Notes under the pieces: generated by a model
The model's input: the letters and a program-made list of their open reading frames with translations, nothing else
Told to the model about the DNA's origin: nothing
The model's database searches: none
From: a virus
Lineage: Duplodnaviria > Heunggongvirae > Uroviricota > Caudoviricetes
DNA length: 17,716 nucleotides
IMG/VR virus record: IMGVR_UViG_2698536312_000017
Strand: one strand, 5' to 3'
Translations under genes and position numbers: made by a program
In this document: positions 10,350 through 17,716 of the stretch, piece after piece
Numbering within the stretch: position 1 is the stretch's first letter
Layout: each line of letters begins with the position of its first letter

Positions 10350-10699
10350 ACAATAACCCTCATCCAGTCAGGCCAGATTTCCGGTACCTCAATCACCAGC
10401 CACGTTTCATCGCCAATAACAAATTTATCGCCTCCCTGTTGCCGGGCACGGTTAAGCCCGCACCAGTTACCATCGGTATACAATGTGGCGAAAACTCCCT
10501 GCTGGTTAAGATTATCAAGATGACGTAAATCAGCCTGGGTGACAGCCTGCTTTTGCACCCTGACGGAAACCGGATCTTCATACTCAGGTACGCGGGAATA
10601 ATCTGCCTGCTGTGTACTCCCGCGGGAACGATAAACCAGCGCGTCTGTAAAGGGATTTACCCGACGTACTGCGCCGGAAACAATACCGTGAAAGTTCAT
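10334..10699 (-). CDS. putative head-tail joining protein
   Basis: 121-aa ORF in the connector cluster; ATGA overlap with the upstream gene. Confidence 0.35.
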   Translation of the reverse strand: MNFHGIVSGAVRRVNPFTDALVYRSRGSTQQADYSRVPEYEDPVSVRVQKQAVTQADLRHLDNLNQQGVFATLYTDGNWCGLNRARQQGGDKFVIGDETWLVIEVPEIWPDWMRVIVCLQV

Positions 10700-11280
10700 T
10701 TTTTGCCCCCGTCTACAGAATAATCAACGCTGTCCATCATATGTCCGGTTTCAATAAGCGGGTTGTTAAAACCCTTTTGCCGGGCAGTGGATGCAGCGTT
10801 GGGCGGACTTTCCCAGTCGCGAACAGACATCTGCAACTGCCCTTTGATATGTTCTCCCATACACACCAGAGCGGTCGCAGTATCAAAATCATTCGCCCGT
10901 AATAAGGTCGCCATTTTTTCGCCCCATTCGGGACTTTTATGTTCGATCATCTTACGGAAGAACGGACGGGGGGGAATGGTGACCGTGTGCTCAGGAATAA
11001 CCACATCCTGAACAAAATTCCCTTTACCGGCTTTGACAAAGCGGTGCCCGGTTTCTCCCGTTTTTTCGTTATAGCGAAAGTGGAGCGTCTGCTCACGGGC
11101 GGGTATGACCGCTCTTCCACCAAACTCCTGAACTGCGGCAATATAAGCCACTGACGTACCGTCAGGGTAAGTTGCTCCCTCAAGAAAACCCACTTTGAGT
11201 TTTTTACCCAATGAAAGGTTCGCGGCAACCTGTTTCAGCTTCTGCCGGAACTGTTTGCCACCTGTGACTTTATTTACCAT
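10696..11280 (-). CDS. putative neck/connector protein
   Basis: The ORF track extends to 11550, but that N-terminal stretch is Arg/Trp/Cys-rich and overlaps the upstream gene. I chose the internal ATG at 11280 ([10 protein letters not shown]...), which has a GGGAGGGG RBS and sits just inside the upstream gene's end. Confidence 0.45.
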   Translation of the reverse strand: MVNKVTGGKQFRQKLKQVAANLSLGKKLKVGFLEGATYPDGTSVAYIAAVQEFGGRAVIPAREQTLHFRYNEKTGETGHRFVKAGKGNFVQDVVIPEHTVTIPPRPFFRKMIEHKSPEWGEKMATLLRANDFDTATALVCMGEHIKGQLQMSVRDWESPPNAASTARQKGFNNPLIETGHMMDSVDYSVDGGKK

Positions 11281-11728
11281 CGACGCCCCTCCCGTATCCC
11301 CGGTAATAATGCCCCGGATATCGCGAAGGTGACCCCCCGGAATGATACTGCATTGAGCGGTATGGCGCTGTCGCCTGCCAGTAGTCAGCACCCCAGGGGG
11401 TCTGGAGATACCACCACGACGCATCATTACTGCCGCTATTATCCACCGATACCGATACAGAACCTTCCGACGCACTGGTGATACGCCCCACCAGACCAGC
11501 CTGCCCGTCTCTCCCGTTTCCCAGCCCCCGCAATGCGCACAGATGCGCAACCAGCAGGAACAGAAGCTGTTCCCGCTCCTTCAGGTCGGTAACCGGACTG
11601 TCGTCCGTGTTATCCAGGTACAACGCGGTCGCCTGGTTAAACACCGCCGTCAGTAGCTCCGGTGTCACCATGGAAAACTCCGGGTACAGACTGACAAACA
11701 TCCGACAGTCAAACGTCACCGTACCCAT
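11270..11728 (-). CDS. putative head-tail connector/adaptor protein
   Basis: 152-aa ORF with AGGAG RBS. N-terminal region (…[14 protein letters not shown]…) resembles a small connector family seen after capsid genes; Gly/Tyr/Arg-rich C-terminus. Confidence 0.4.
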   Translation of the reverse strand: MGTVTFDCRMFVSLYPEFSMVTPELLTAVFNQATALYLDNTDDSPVTDLKEREQLLFLLVAHLCALRGLGNGRDGQAGLVGRITSASEGSVSVSVDNSGSNDASWWYLQTPWGADYWQATAPYRSMQYHSGGSPSRYPGHYYRGYGRGVDGK

Positions 11729-11733
11729 AGCGT

Positions 11734-12081
11734 TTACTCCTGAGGTTTACCCATCACTTCATCATTGCGGTTAACGCCCGGAGCCGGATTTTTCTGCGGC
11801 AGCGGTTCAAGGCCGGATTTAACGGCTTTCTGCTCCGTAGCCTGCGAGACTGCACTGTTCGCCTTATCCTGCGCAAAAATAACGCCATTTTTCACATAAG
11901 GTTGCTGTCCGTGCTCCGCCAGCCAGGCGTCAAAAAACACCTTATCGACCTGCGTCAGACCATAGCCCCCCACAATTTTAACCGCGTTATTCCGCCAGCC
12001 TGCCACCTGAACCCGTTTCTGACCCACTTCCAGCACCAGACCGTTCGGCAGTTTGCAGCCCACTGTTACCATTTCAGCCAT
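11734..12081 (-). CDS. hypothetical head-associated protein
   Basis: 115-aa ORF immediately downstream of the major capsid gene; unknown function. Confidence 0.4.
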   Translation of the reverse strand: MAEMVTVGCKLPNGLVLEVGQKRVQVAGWRNNAVKIVGGYGLTQVDKVFFDAWLAEHGQQPYVKNGVIFAQDKANSAVSQATEQKAVKSGLEPLPQKNPAPGVNRNDEVMGKPQE

Positions 12082-12084
12082 AAC

Positions 12085-13113
12085 TCACACCCCCAGCATT
12101 TGTGCATACGCCAGCGGCTGGCGAATAATCGCCCCCCAGGTACCAGCGGATTTTTTCTGTTTCCAGGAAGACGTATCTGCCACTACCGCATGGGCGCGCA
12201 TTTTTTCAGTGAAAGCGCAATAGCCTGTATCCTGTTCACCCAGACGCTCCGCGATAAGCTGTACCAGCTCGCCAGCGTCAGAGGTGTATTCCACCGCCGT
12301 TTCAATGGTCATCGCCGGGAAATTTTTCGCCAGCAGATCGGACACGTTAACCCTGTACTGGTTTGTTTTGGTGAGGTTCACCTCTGCCAGCGGCGACATG
12401 CACAGTTTCATTTTGTCGGTACGCTCAATATGACCGTTAGTCTGTTTCACCAGTTGCTTAAAGAGTTTCACGATATCGTCATACACGCCCTGTCCGTCCT
12501 TGTCGTCCCACTTCAGTTTACCGTCAACGGTATCCGGGGTGATTGGTGCAGATAACGACGGATCATTCAGCAAACCGTAGTTCGTCAGTCCGGCAATACC
12601 GTAGAAATAGGACTTATTCTGGAACTTATTCAGCGTCAGTGCTGACGCCACGTTCAGCTCTGCCGCCCAGCCAATACGGGCTGCGCCGTACATCTCCAGC
12701 TCACGTTCGCCCCATACGGTGAAGGTCTGGAAGTGATAGCTCTGGCGCGGTACCCAGTTGACGTTTGCGCTTACCACCCCGTTGTTGCTGTAATCCCCGT
12801 AGGAACTCACCTCCCCGTCAGATTCTGCAATCGGGAATTGTGCCGACAGTGTCGTCCAGTCACCTTTTTTGGTTTCGCCCAGAATCTGAGCGGCTTTCAT
12901 CGGCGTCACCAGCACGCGGATCAGTTCTGGCTCAACGTAATTGGTGAAATACGCAGGGATACCGCTGTTAGCCGCTGTGACCAGCGCAGGCTGCGCGTCC
13001 ATCGCCAGTCCGTAATCGGCGGCGTACTCCTTCGGCAAATAAGCCTGTGCTCCGGGAAGAATAATCCCGTAGTCGCGACTTGCCGTCGCATAATGCTGTT
13101 TAAATTTATTCAT
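12085..13113 (-). CDS. major capsid protein
   Basis: 342-aa ORF; TAATG overlap with the upstream gene and a GGAG RBS. Position after the protease/scaffold-like and small head genes and before the connector genes; size typical of an HK97-fold capsid protein. Confidence 0.6.
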   Translation of the reverse strand: MNKFKQHYATASRDYGIILPGAQAYLPKEYAADYGLAMDAQPALVTAANSGIPAYFTNYVEPELIRVLVTPMKAAQILGETKKGDWTTLSAQFPIAESDGEVSSYGDYSNNGVVSANVNWVPRQSYHFQTFTVWGERELEMYGAARIGWAAELNVASALTLNKFQNKSYFYGIAGLTNYGLLNDPSLSAPITPDTVDGKLKWDDKDGQGVYDDIVKLFKQLVKQTNGHIERTDKMKLCMSPLAEVNLTKTNQYRVNVSDLLAKNFPAMTIETAVEYTSDAGELVQLIAERLGEQDTGYCAFTEKMRAHAVVADTSSWKQKKSAGTWGAIIRQPLAYAQMLGV

Positions 13114-13595
13114 TATTTGCTCCAGGTACTGATCTTAATGACTTCTTTTGCCGCCGCAGCGCTGGCAACGGAAAACCAGGTTTCGACAAACCCCGCCATC
13201 GAGGTGCCAGCCGCCCCCGTGGCTATCTCCCCGGTGGCCAGTGAGGCAAATACTTTCTGCCCGATCGTCGCAGTAGTGGTGGTCAGCGCCCAGAAATCCC
13301 CCGACACCATCAGGGTGCATTCACGCCCCGGATAAATGGTGTTCGAGTCCCCGGCCAGCCATTCCACAATGGAAGCCTGCCCGTCACGAGGAACAAAACC
13401 CGCCGGTGCGCCGGCCCCCTTATTAGCGGCAACACCTTTGGTTACCCAGGCAAACCGGGCAATTACCAGCCCGTCAGGGCCGGTAATCAGCCCGCCATCT
13501 CCCGCCACATACGAGGCATGAGGGTTAGCACTGGCAAACGCCCCCGGAATACCCGGTGCCGGGTACTGGTTCATGTGTGTCTGAAAAGTATTCAT
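13113..13595 (-). CDS. putative capsid decoration / small head structural protein
   Basis: 160-aa Gly/Ala-rich ORF immediately upstream of the capsid gene. Confidence 0.35.
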   Translation of the reverse strand: MNTFQTHMNQYPAPGIPGAFASANPHASYVAGDGGLITGPDGLVIARFAWVTKGVAANKGAGAPAGFVPRDGQASIVEWLAGDSNTIYPGRECTLMVSGDFWALTTTTATIGQKVFASLATGEIATGAAGTSMAGFVETWFSVASAAAAKEVIKISTWSK

Positions 13596-13596
13596 A

Positions 13597-14946
13597 TCAG
13601 TAACCTCGTTTCAGTTTTGCACCGGGGAAATCTGCCGCAAACGTCGATGCGCTGGCCTGATCCATCGCCACACGGGGAGAGGATTTGGCCGTCTGCTTCT
13701 GCTCAACGGCAAACTTCACCATGCTGCGGTACGCACCCGGGTGAATACCCTGAATATCGATCCCCGTCTGTTCCAGCGCGGTACGGTAAACATCTTCGGC
13801 GCAGTCCATCGCCACCACATCGCCAATCAGCGGTCGCACTTCAGCTTCAGCCACACGGACGGCGCGGAAATTTTCAGCAGCCCGTTTCGTTGCCTGGTCA
13901 GTTGCCAGCCTGATTGCTGCATCCATCGCAGGTTTATCGACTTTCACATCGTCGGGTTTCACATCAGCCTCTTTTGTTTCGGGGGCTTCGTCGGTTGTCG
14001 GAGACAGTGCGGATTTAATTTTTTCCAGCACATCATCAGGAACTTTGCCGGACAGCAACGCCAGTACACTTTCCATCGGGCTGTCGGTATCAAATGCCTT
14101 CGACTCGTCAGTTAACCCGGTATCATCATCCCCGACCAGCTCCGGTACGGCTTCTGCTGATTCCATCAGTTGCGCCAGCTCCGCCGGTTCAATATCCATA
14201 TCCTGTGCCAGCCGTTCGCTGTAAGCAGTTTTTACCGCGCTGGCGATAGCTGCCGGACGCTTATACTGCGCCATCAGGCGTAACAAATCCCCGGGAGCCG
14301 CATCCTGCGCCAGACGCGGCGCAAGATAGGTTCCCAGCGCGGTAAGCACCGCCACTTCTTTTTTACTCAGTTTCATGCGTTTTAGCTCCTGAGGGAGAGA
14401 GTCCATAACAAGACAGTCCGACCCTACCCGGCCATCGCCGACCAGGGCCACATGATTTCCCACGATATTCCGCATAACGCCGTCATACGGCTCACCGTCG
14501 GGGGTGGTTCCCGGCGTCATATCTGCCACATAGGCATATGACGATGAGATTTCCCGTTGTTCATCCGTTTCTATCCCCGCGATGGCGGAGTTGTCCCAGA
14601 TGGACATGCCGTTAACCAGATAGGTACCGTCAAACTCGCTGTTGGCATGAGTCGTCCCCACCCGGTACTCGCGCGCGGGCGCGCCCGGATAATCGGGTTT
14701 GTGTCGGCACAGGACGGGAATATTGTTGAAGGTTGAAACTGCCTTGCGCAGTTCATCGGGGTCACGGTAAAGCTGATAAAGTTTTTTGGGGTCGAGTCCC
14801 AGCGCTTCCGCCCCCGGTATTTCATACCCGAAATAACCGCAGACGTTCGCCTTGCTGAGATTACTGCGCTCAATCTGGAGGCGACCGACTTTATCGAACT
14901 GCCTTACCGATGCCCGGTCAAACGCCAGCATTTCGGTAATAATCAT
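13597..14946 (-). CDS. putative prohead protease / scaffolding protein
   Basis: The ORF track starts at GTG 15018. I prefer ATG 14946..14944, which overlaps the upstream stop as ATGA and has a GGAG RBS, giving 449 aa. An acidic, Ala/Glu-rich central linker is scaffold-like. Lies between the MuF-like and capsid genes. Confidence 0.45.
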   Translation of the reverse strand: MIITEMLAFDRASVRQFDKVGRLQIERSNLSKANVCGYFGYEIPGAEALGLDPKKLYQLYRDPDELRKAVSTFNNIPVLCRHKPDYPGAPAREYRVGTTHANSEFDGTYLVNGMSIWDNSAIAGIETDEQREISSSYAYVADMTPGTTPDGEPYDGVMRNIVGNHVALVGDGRVGSDCLVMDSLPQELKRMKLSKKEVAVLTALGTYLAPRLAQDAAPGDLLRLMAQYKRPAAIASAVKTAYSERLAQDMDIEPAELAQLMESAEAVPELVGDDDTGLTDESKAFDTDSPMESVLALLSGKVPDDVLEKIKSALSPTTDEAPETKEADVKPDDVKVDKPAMDAAIRLATDQATKRAAENFRAVRVAEAEVRPLIGDVVAMDCAEDVYRTALEQTGIDIQGIHPGAYRSMVKFAVEQKQTAKSSPRVAMDQASASTFAADFPGAKLKRGY

Positions 14947-15713
14947 TTTTTCTCCAGTCCGGGAATAACGGCCTCCCAGCCACACCGGCAGTTGATTTCT
15001 TCGCCCGGCAGTACCCACTTACCATCCAGAAACATCCCCTTTCGCAGGTCAAACCGTTTACCGTTCGCCTTCACATGCGACGGACGCCATGTTTTACCCG
15101 CGCGGGAATGCCGCCAGACACCTTCAGTGATACCCACCGAACGCTGTCTGGCGGCCTGCATTACCGACGTTGCCTTATTGTTCTGGTCGCGGGCAATCAG
15201 CGCCGCGCGCCGTCGTGTGATGCCGTAACGTTTTTCCAGTTCATCGGTCAGCGTTTTCAGGTCACGTCCCCGGCCAACAGACTGCATGACCAGTGTTTCC
15301 ACCTGGGTGAGATGTTGCTGCGGGATGGAGCGAATGAGGTTCACATTCTCCGTGATGCTGGCCTGAAGTGCGGTATTCATCTCCGTTGTCATACGGAAAG
15401 GAACCGTAAACCCGGCATCACGGAGCGCAGTGTACAGTGACGCATCGCTGTTTTTCAGGACATCACCGGCAAACCGCCTCGCCAGCCGCAGGGCCATTTC
15501 GTCAAAATTTTTCTGCCAGCGCCTGGCAAGTTGCTGCATGGCACCACGCATCAGGTTAACGGGGGACGCATCCTGCGCGAGGTCTGTTTTACGGTACTCA
15601 GCCCGCAGCCAGTAAAGTACACTGTTGTGCATCCCACTGACGGCATTATCCAGTTGTCTGCGGTACCAGGCCTCAATCCCCGCGTTGGGTGAAATCCGCC
15701 TCAGGGTCTGCAT
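14943..15713 (-). CDS. head morphogenesis protein (Mu F / SPP1 gp7 family)
   Basis: The ORF track starts at TTG 15764; the first ATG is at 15713. C-terminal …[12 protein letters not shown]… is typical of the MuF/gp7 minor head family. Directly downstream of the portal. No extra C-terminal toxin domain. Confidence 0.7.
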   Translation of the reverse strand: MQTLRRISPNAGIEAWYRRQLDNAVSGMHNSVLYWLRAEYRKTDLAQDASPVNLMRGAMQQLARRWQKNFDEMALRLARRFAGDVLKNSDASLYTALRDAGFTVPFRMTTEMNTALQASITENVNLIRSIPQQHLTQVETLVMQSVGRGRDLKTLTDELEKRYGITRRRAALIARDQNNKATSVMQAARQRSVGITEGVWRHSRAGKTWRPSHVKANGKRFDLRKGMFLDGKWVLPGEEINCRCGWEAVIPGLEKK

Positions 15714-16914
15714 TCGGGCCTTGCGGCGGATTTTCTTCGGTGTTGTCAATTTCAGTGTCGTCAATTTCGATGTCCCCGCTCAGGTCAATACCGCTGTACG
15801 GGCTGTCCTGCGCAGTCGCCAGCCGTTCGCGTACTTCGTTATTGGTCACTGCTCCGGTGCTCTCATAAATCTGATCCGTTTCCGCCTCAGTTTTACGGAT
15901 ATTCGCCAGTTGCTCGCGCGTCAGCTCATGCAGGGGTTCAAATTCAAACGTGATATCAGGATCGATATCGCCGAACTCAGACAACTGGATAATATCCAGC
16001 ACCTTTTTCAGCGGTTTCTTCAGAAGACGGGTGGCAAGTGCAGCAATGGTGTCGTAAAACACCCGGATTTCACCCTCACTCGACGCATTCAGTCCCGTTG
16101 GGCTCAGCCCGGCGAATTTTACGGACGGTATGGCACTGACAAAGAACATGTGTTCCTGTGCCTGCGCCTGAAGGGTGTCGAGGCCGCTCAGGGGAGTGTT
16201 GAACTGGAAAAACTCTTCGTTCGTCTTGTCCAGCATCAGCAGCCCGCGGTTATCACGGGTACGGTTAAACAACTCCGCGCGTTTTGCGTAATTCGGGTCC
16301 CTTTTACCACTTAATACCTGTGTCATATCCGTCTTAATCCCGCTCAGCGAAAACGAATGCAGCATATCGCCCACGCTGTCGCGTGTTCGCAGCCAGTTAT
16401 CAACATAAGGCTCAGCAATCTGAACCAGTGACAGGCCGCCAAAGTTGTAGGCCGGCTTCAGCATGTCCGGAACCGGACGGGAGATCAGATCAATCATGCG
16501 GCTGGCGTGAACCGTTTTTCCCATTACGTACCATTCGGACGGACGGTAAAAATCATCACTCAGCGGATTATCCGCGTTATATATACCCGGATACGTCCAG
16601 ACGGGTTCAATAACACGAAGCCCCAGCAGGGAACCTTTCGGGATTTTTTTGTCGGAAATAAACAGTCCGGATCCCAGCTCCGCCGGGTCAGTCCAGGCAG
16701 ATATACCCGATGGCGAACGCACATCAATATAAATCTGCCCTCGCCCGAAAAAGCCGTCGTGCTCAATCGCCAGTCTGAAAACGTCCTGTACGTTATAGTG
16801 CTCCAGTGCGTCAGTAAGCTGCGCTATGCGTGACGCGTGGCTGTCGTCCCCTTCTCCGACCGCCTTAACCTTTATCCACTTACGGGTCATCTCCTCGGCA
16901 AGCACACTGACCAT
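15673..16914 (-). CDS. portal protein (probably 5'-truncated by IS1; frame open up to 17003)
   Basis: 413-aa ORF from ATG 16914, directly upstream of the MuF-like gene, with an acidic C-terminal tail. The same frame has no stop between 16914 and the IS1 end at 17004. Confidence 0.65.
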   Translation of the reverse strand: MVSVLAEEMTRKWIKVKAVGEGDDSHASRIAQLTDALEHYNVQDVFRLAIEHDGFFGRGQIYIDVRSPSGISAWTDPAELGSGLFISDKKIPKGSLLGLRVIEPVWTYPGIYNADNPLSDDFYRPSEWYVMGKTVHASRMIDLISRPVPDMLKPAYNFGGLSLVQIAEPYVDNWLRTRDSVGDMLHSFSLSGIKTDMTQVLSGKRDPNYAKRAELFNRTRDNRGLLMLDKTNEEFFQFNTPLSGLDTLQAQAQEHMFFVSAIPSVKFAGLSPTGLNASSEGEIRVFYDTIAALATRLLKKPLKKVLDIIQLSEFGDIDPDITFEFEPLHELTREQLANIRKTEAETDQIYESTGAVTNNEVRERLATAQDSPYSGIDLSGDIEIDDTEIDNTEENPPQGPNADPEADFTQRGD

Positions 16915-17018
16915 ACGCCGGTACTCCGGTAACTGCGCCTGAAGTGCCAGATACGGATAGCCCGGGAAACCACCATAAACAAAATCAGGATAATGACTGT
17001 TCAGGTAATGACTCCAAC

Positions 17019-17522
17019 TTATTGATAGTGTTTTATGTTCAGATAATGCCCGATGACTTTGTCATGCAGCTCCACCGATTTTGAGAACGACAGCGACTTC
17101 CGTCCCAGCCGTGCCAGGTGCTGCCTCAGATTCAGGTTATGCCGCTCAATTCGCTGCGTATATCGCTTGCTGATTACGTGCAGCTTTCCCTTCAGGCGGG
17201 ATTCATACAGCGGCCAGCCATCCGTCATCCATATCACCACGTCAAAGGGTGACAGCAGGCTCATAAGACGCCCCAGCGTCGCCATAGTGCGTTCACCGAA
17301 TACGTGCGCAACAACCGTCTTCCGGAGACTGTCATACGCGTAAAACAGCCAGCGCTGGCGCGATTTAGCCCCGACATAGCCCCACTGTTCGTCCATTTCC
17401 GCGCAGACGATGACGTCACTGCCCGGCTGTATGCGCGAGGTTACCGACTGCGGCCTGAGTTTTTTAAGTGACGTAAAATCGTGTTGAGGCCAACGCCCAT
17501 AATGCGTGCAGTTGCCCGGCAT
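17019..17522 (-). CDS. insB: IS1 InsB (expressed as InsAB' transposase by -1 frameshift)
   Basis: 167-aa ORF …[52 protein letters not shown]… matches IS1 InsB as I remember it. Confidence 0.95.
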
Positions 17523-17716
17523 CCAACGCCATTCATGGCCATATCAATGATTTTCTGGTGCGTACCGGGTTGAGAAGCGGTGTAAGTGAACTGCAGTTGC
17601 CATGTTTTACGGCAGTGAGAGCAGAGATAGCGCTGATGTCCGGCAGTGCTTTTGCCGTTACGCACCACCCCGTCAGTAGCTGAACAGGAGGGACAGCTGA
17701 TAGAAACAGAAGCCAC
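17441..17716 (-). CDS. insA: IS1 InsA
   Basis: 91-aa [26 protein letters not shown]… matches IS1 InsA as I remember it; GTG start at the window edge. Confidence 0.95.
17457..17467 (-). other. IS1 programmed -1 frameshift site (TTAAAAAACTC, A6C)
   Basis: Minus-strand TTAAAAAACTC in the insA/insB overlap; this is the established IS1 InsAB' frameshift motif. Confidence 0.85.

Larger units (their letters stand above)
17004..17716 (-). mobile_element. IS1: IS1 insertion sequence (right inverted repeat at 17004; left ~55 bp beyond window)
   Basis: Terminal sequence GGTAATGACTCCAACTTATTGATAGTG begins at 17004. insA and insB ORFs and the A6C frameshift motif are present. The window ends at the insA GTG start. 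Confidence 0.95.

Noticed and set aside
11280-11550. About 270 nt where two minus-strand frames are both open (possible second frameshift or overlapping gene)
   Set aside because: The upstream extension translates to Arg/Trp/Cys/Gly-rich text, whereas an internal ATG at 11280 has a strong RBS; most simply a chance open frame in GC-rich sequence.
11902-12555. 217-aa plus-strand ORF
   Set aside because: Antisense to the major capsid gene and the gene after it; His/Arg/Phe/Cys-rich composition typical of a reverse-frame artefact.
12733-13335. 200-aa plus-strand ORF
   Set aside because: Antisense to the major capsid and small head genes; Arg/Cys/His-rich; no start context.
14943-15713. Polymorphic toxin domain fused to the MuF-like protein
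   Set aside because: The protein ends shortly after the conserved NCRCGWEAV motif at about 256-273 aa; there is no extra C-terminal domain.
15625-16314. 229-aa plus-strand ORF
   Set aside because: Antisense to the portal and MuF-like genes; Arg/Leu/Phe-rich; no RBS; the minus-strand operon explains the region.
1-17003. Tailocin or extracellular contractile injection system instead of a prophage
   Set aside because: Portal, MuF-like, protease/scaffold-like and major capsid genes are present upstream of the tail genes, so this is a phage morphogenesis module rather than a headless tail-only system.
1-17716. CRISPR arrays, tRNA/rRNA genes or an attachment site
   Set aside because: No regularly spaced repeats, cloverleaf-capable segments or non-coding stretches of adequate length were seen; the window is coding end to end on one strand.

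Overview
The window is almost entirely one minus-strand operon: the virion-morphogenesis (late) module of a contractile-tailed (myovirus-type) prophage, capped at the right end by an IS1 copy. IS1 points to an enterobacterial host such as E. coli or Shigella. Read right to left, the order is: portal, MuF/SPP1-gp7-like head morphogenesis protein, protease/scaffold-like protein, small Gly/Ala-rich head protein, major capsid protein, five small neck/connector genes, tail sheath, tail tube, tail assembly chaperone with a candidate -1 frameshift extension, tape measure protein carrying a lytic transglycosylase domain, five baseplate/hub/spike genes, a gpI-like gene, and a tail fiber gene that runs off the left edge. 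Genes are tightly packed with many ATGA/TAATG start-stop overlaps. IS1 (insA/insB, cut by the window edge) lies in the same orientation. The portal reading frame stays open up to the IS1 end, so IS1 most likely interrupts the portal gene and the prophage is probably defective. I found no tRNA, rRNA, CRISPR array or obvious cargo/defence gene, and I do not see an undescribed system here; the most notable items are the IS1-disrupted portal, the chaperone frameshift and a possible invertase half-site in the tail fiber gene. No homology search was possible: product names rest on gene order, protein size and motifs I recognise, and several start codons were re-chosen by hand from the ORF track.
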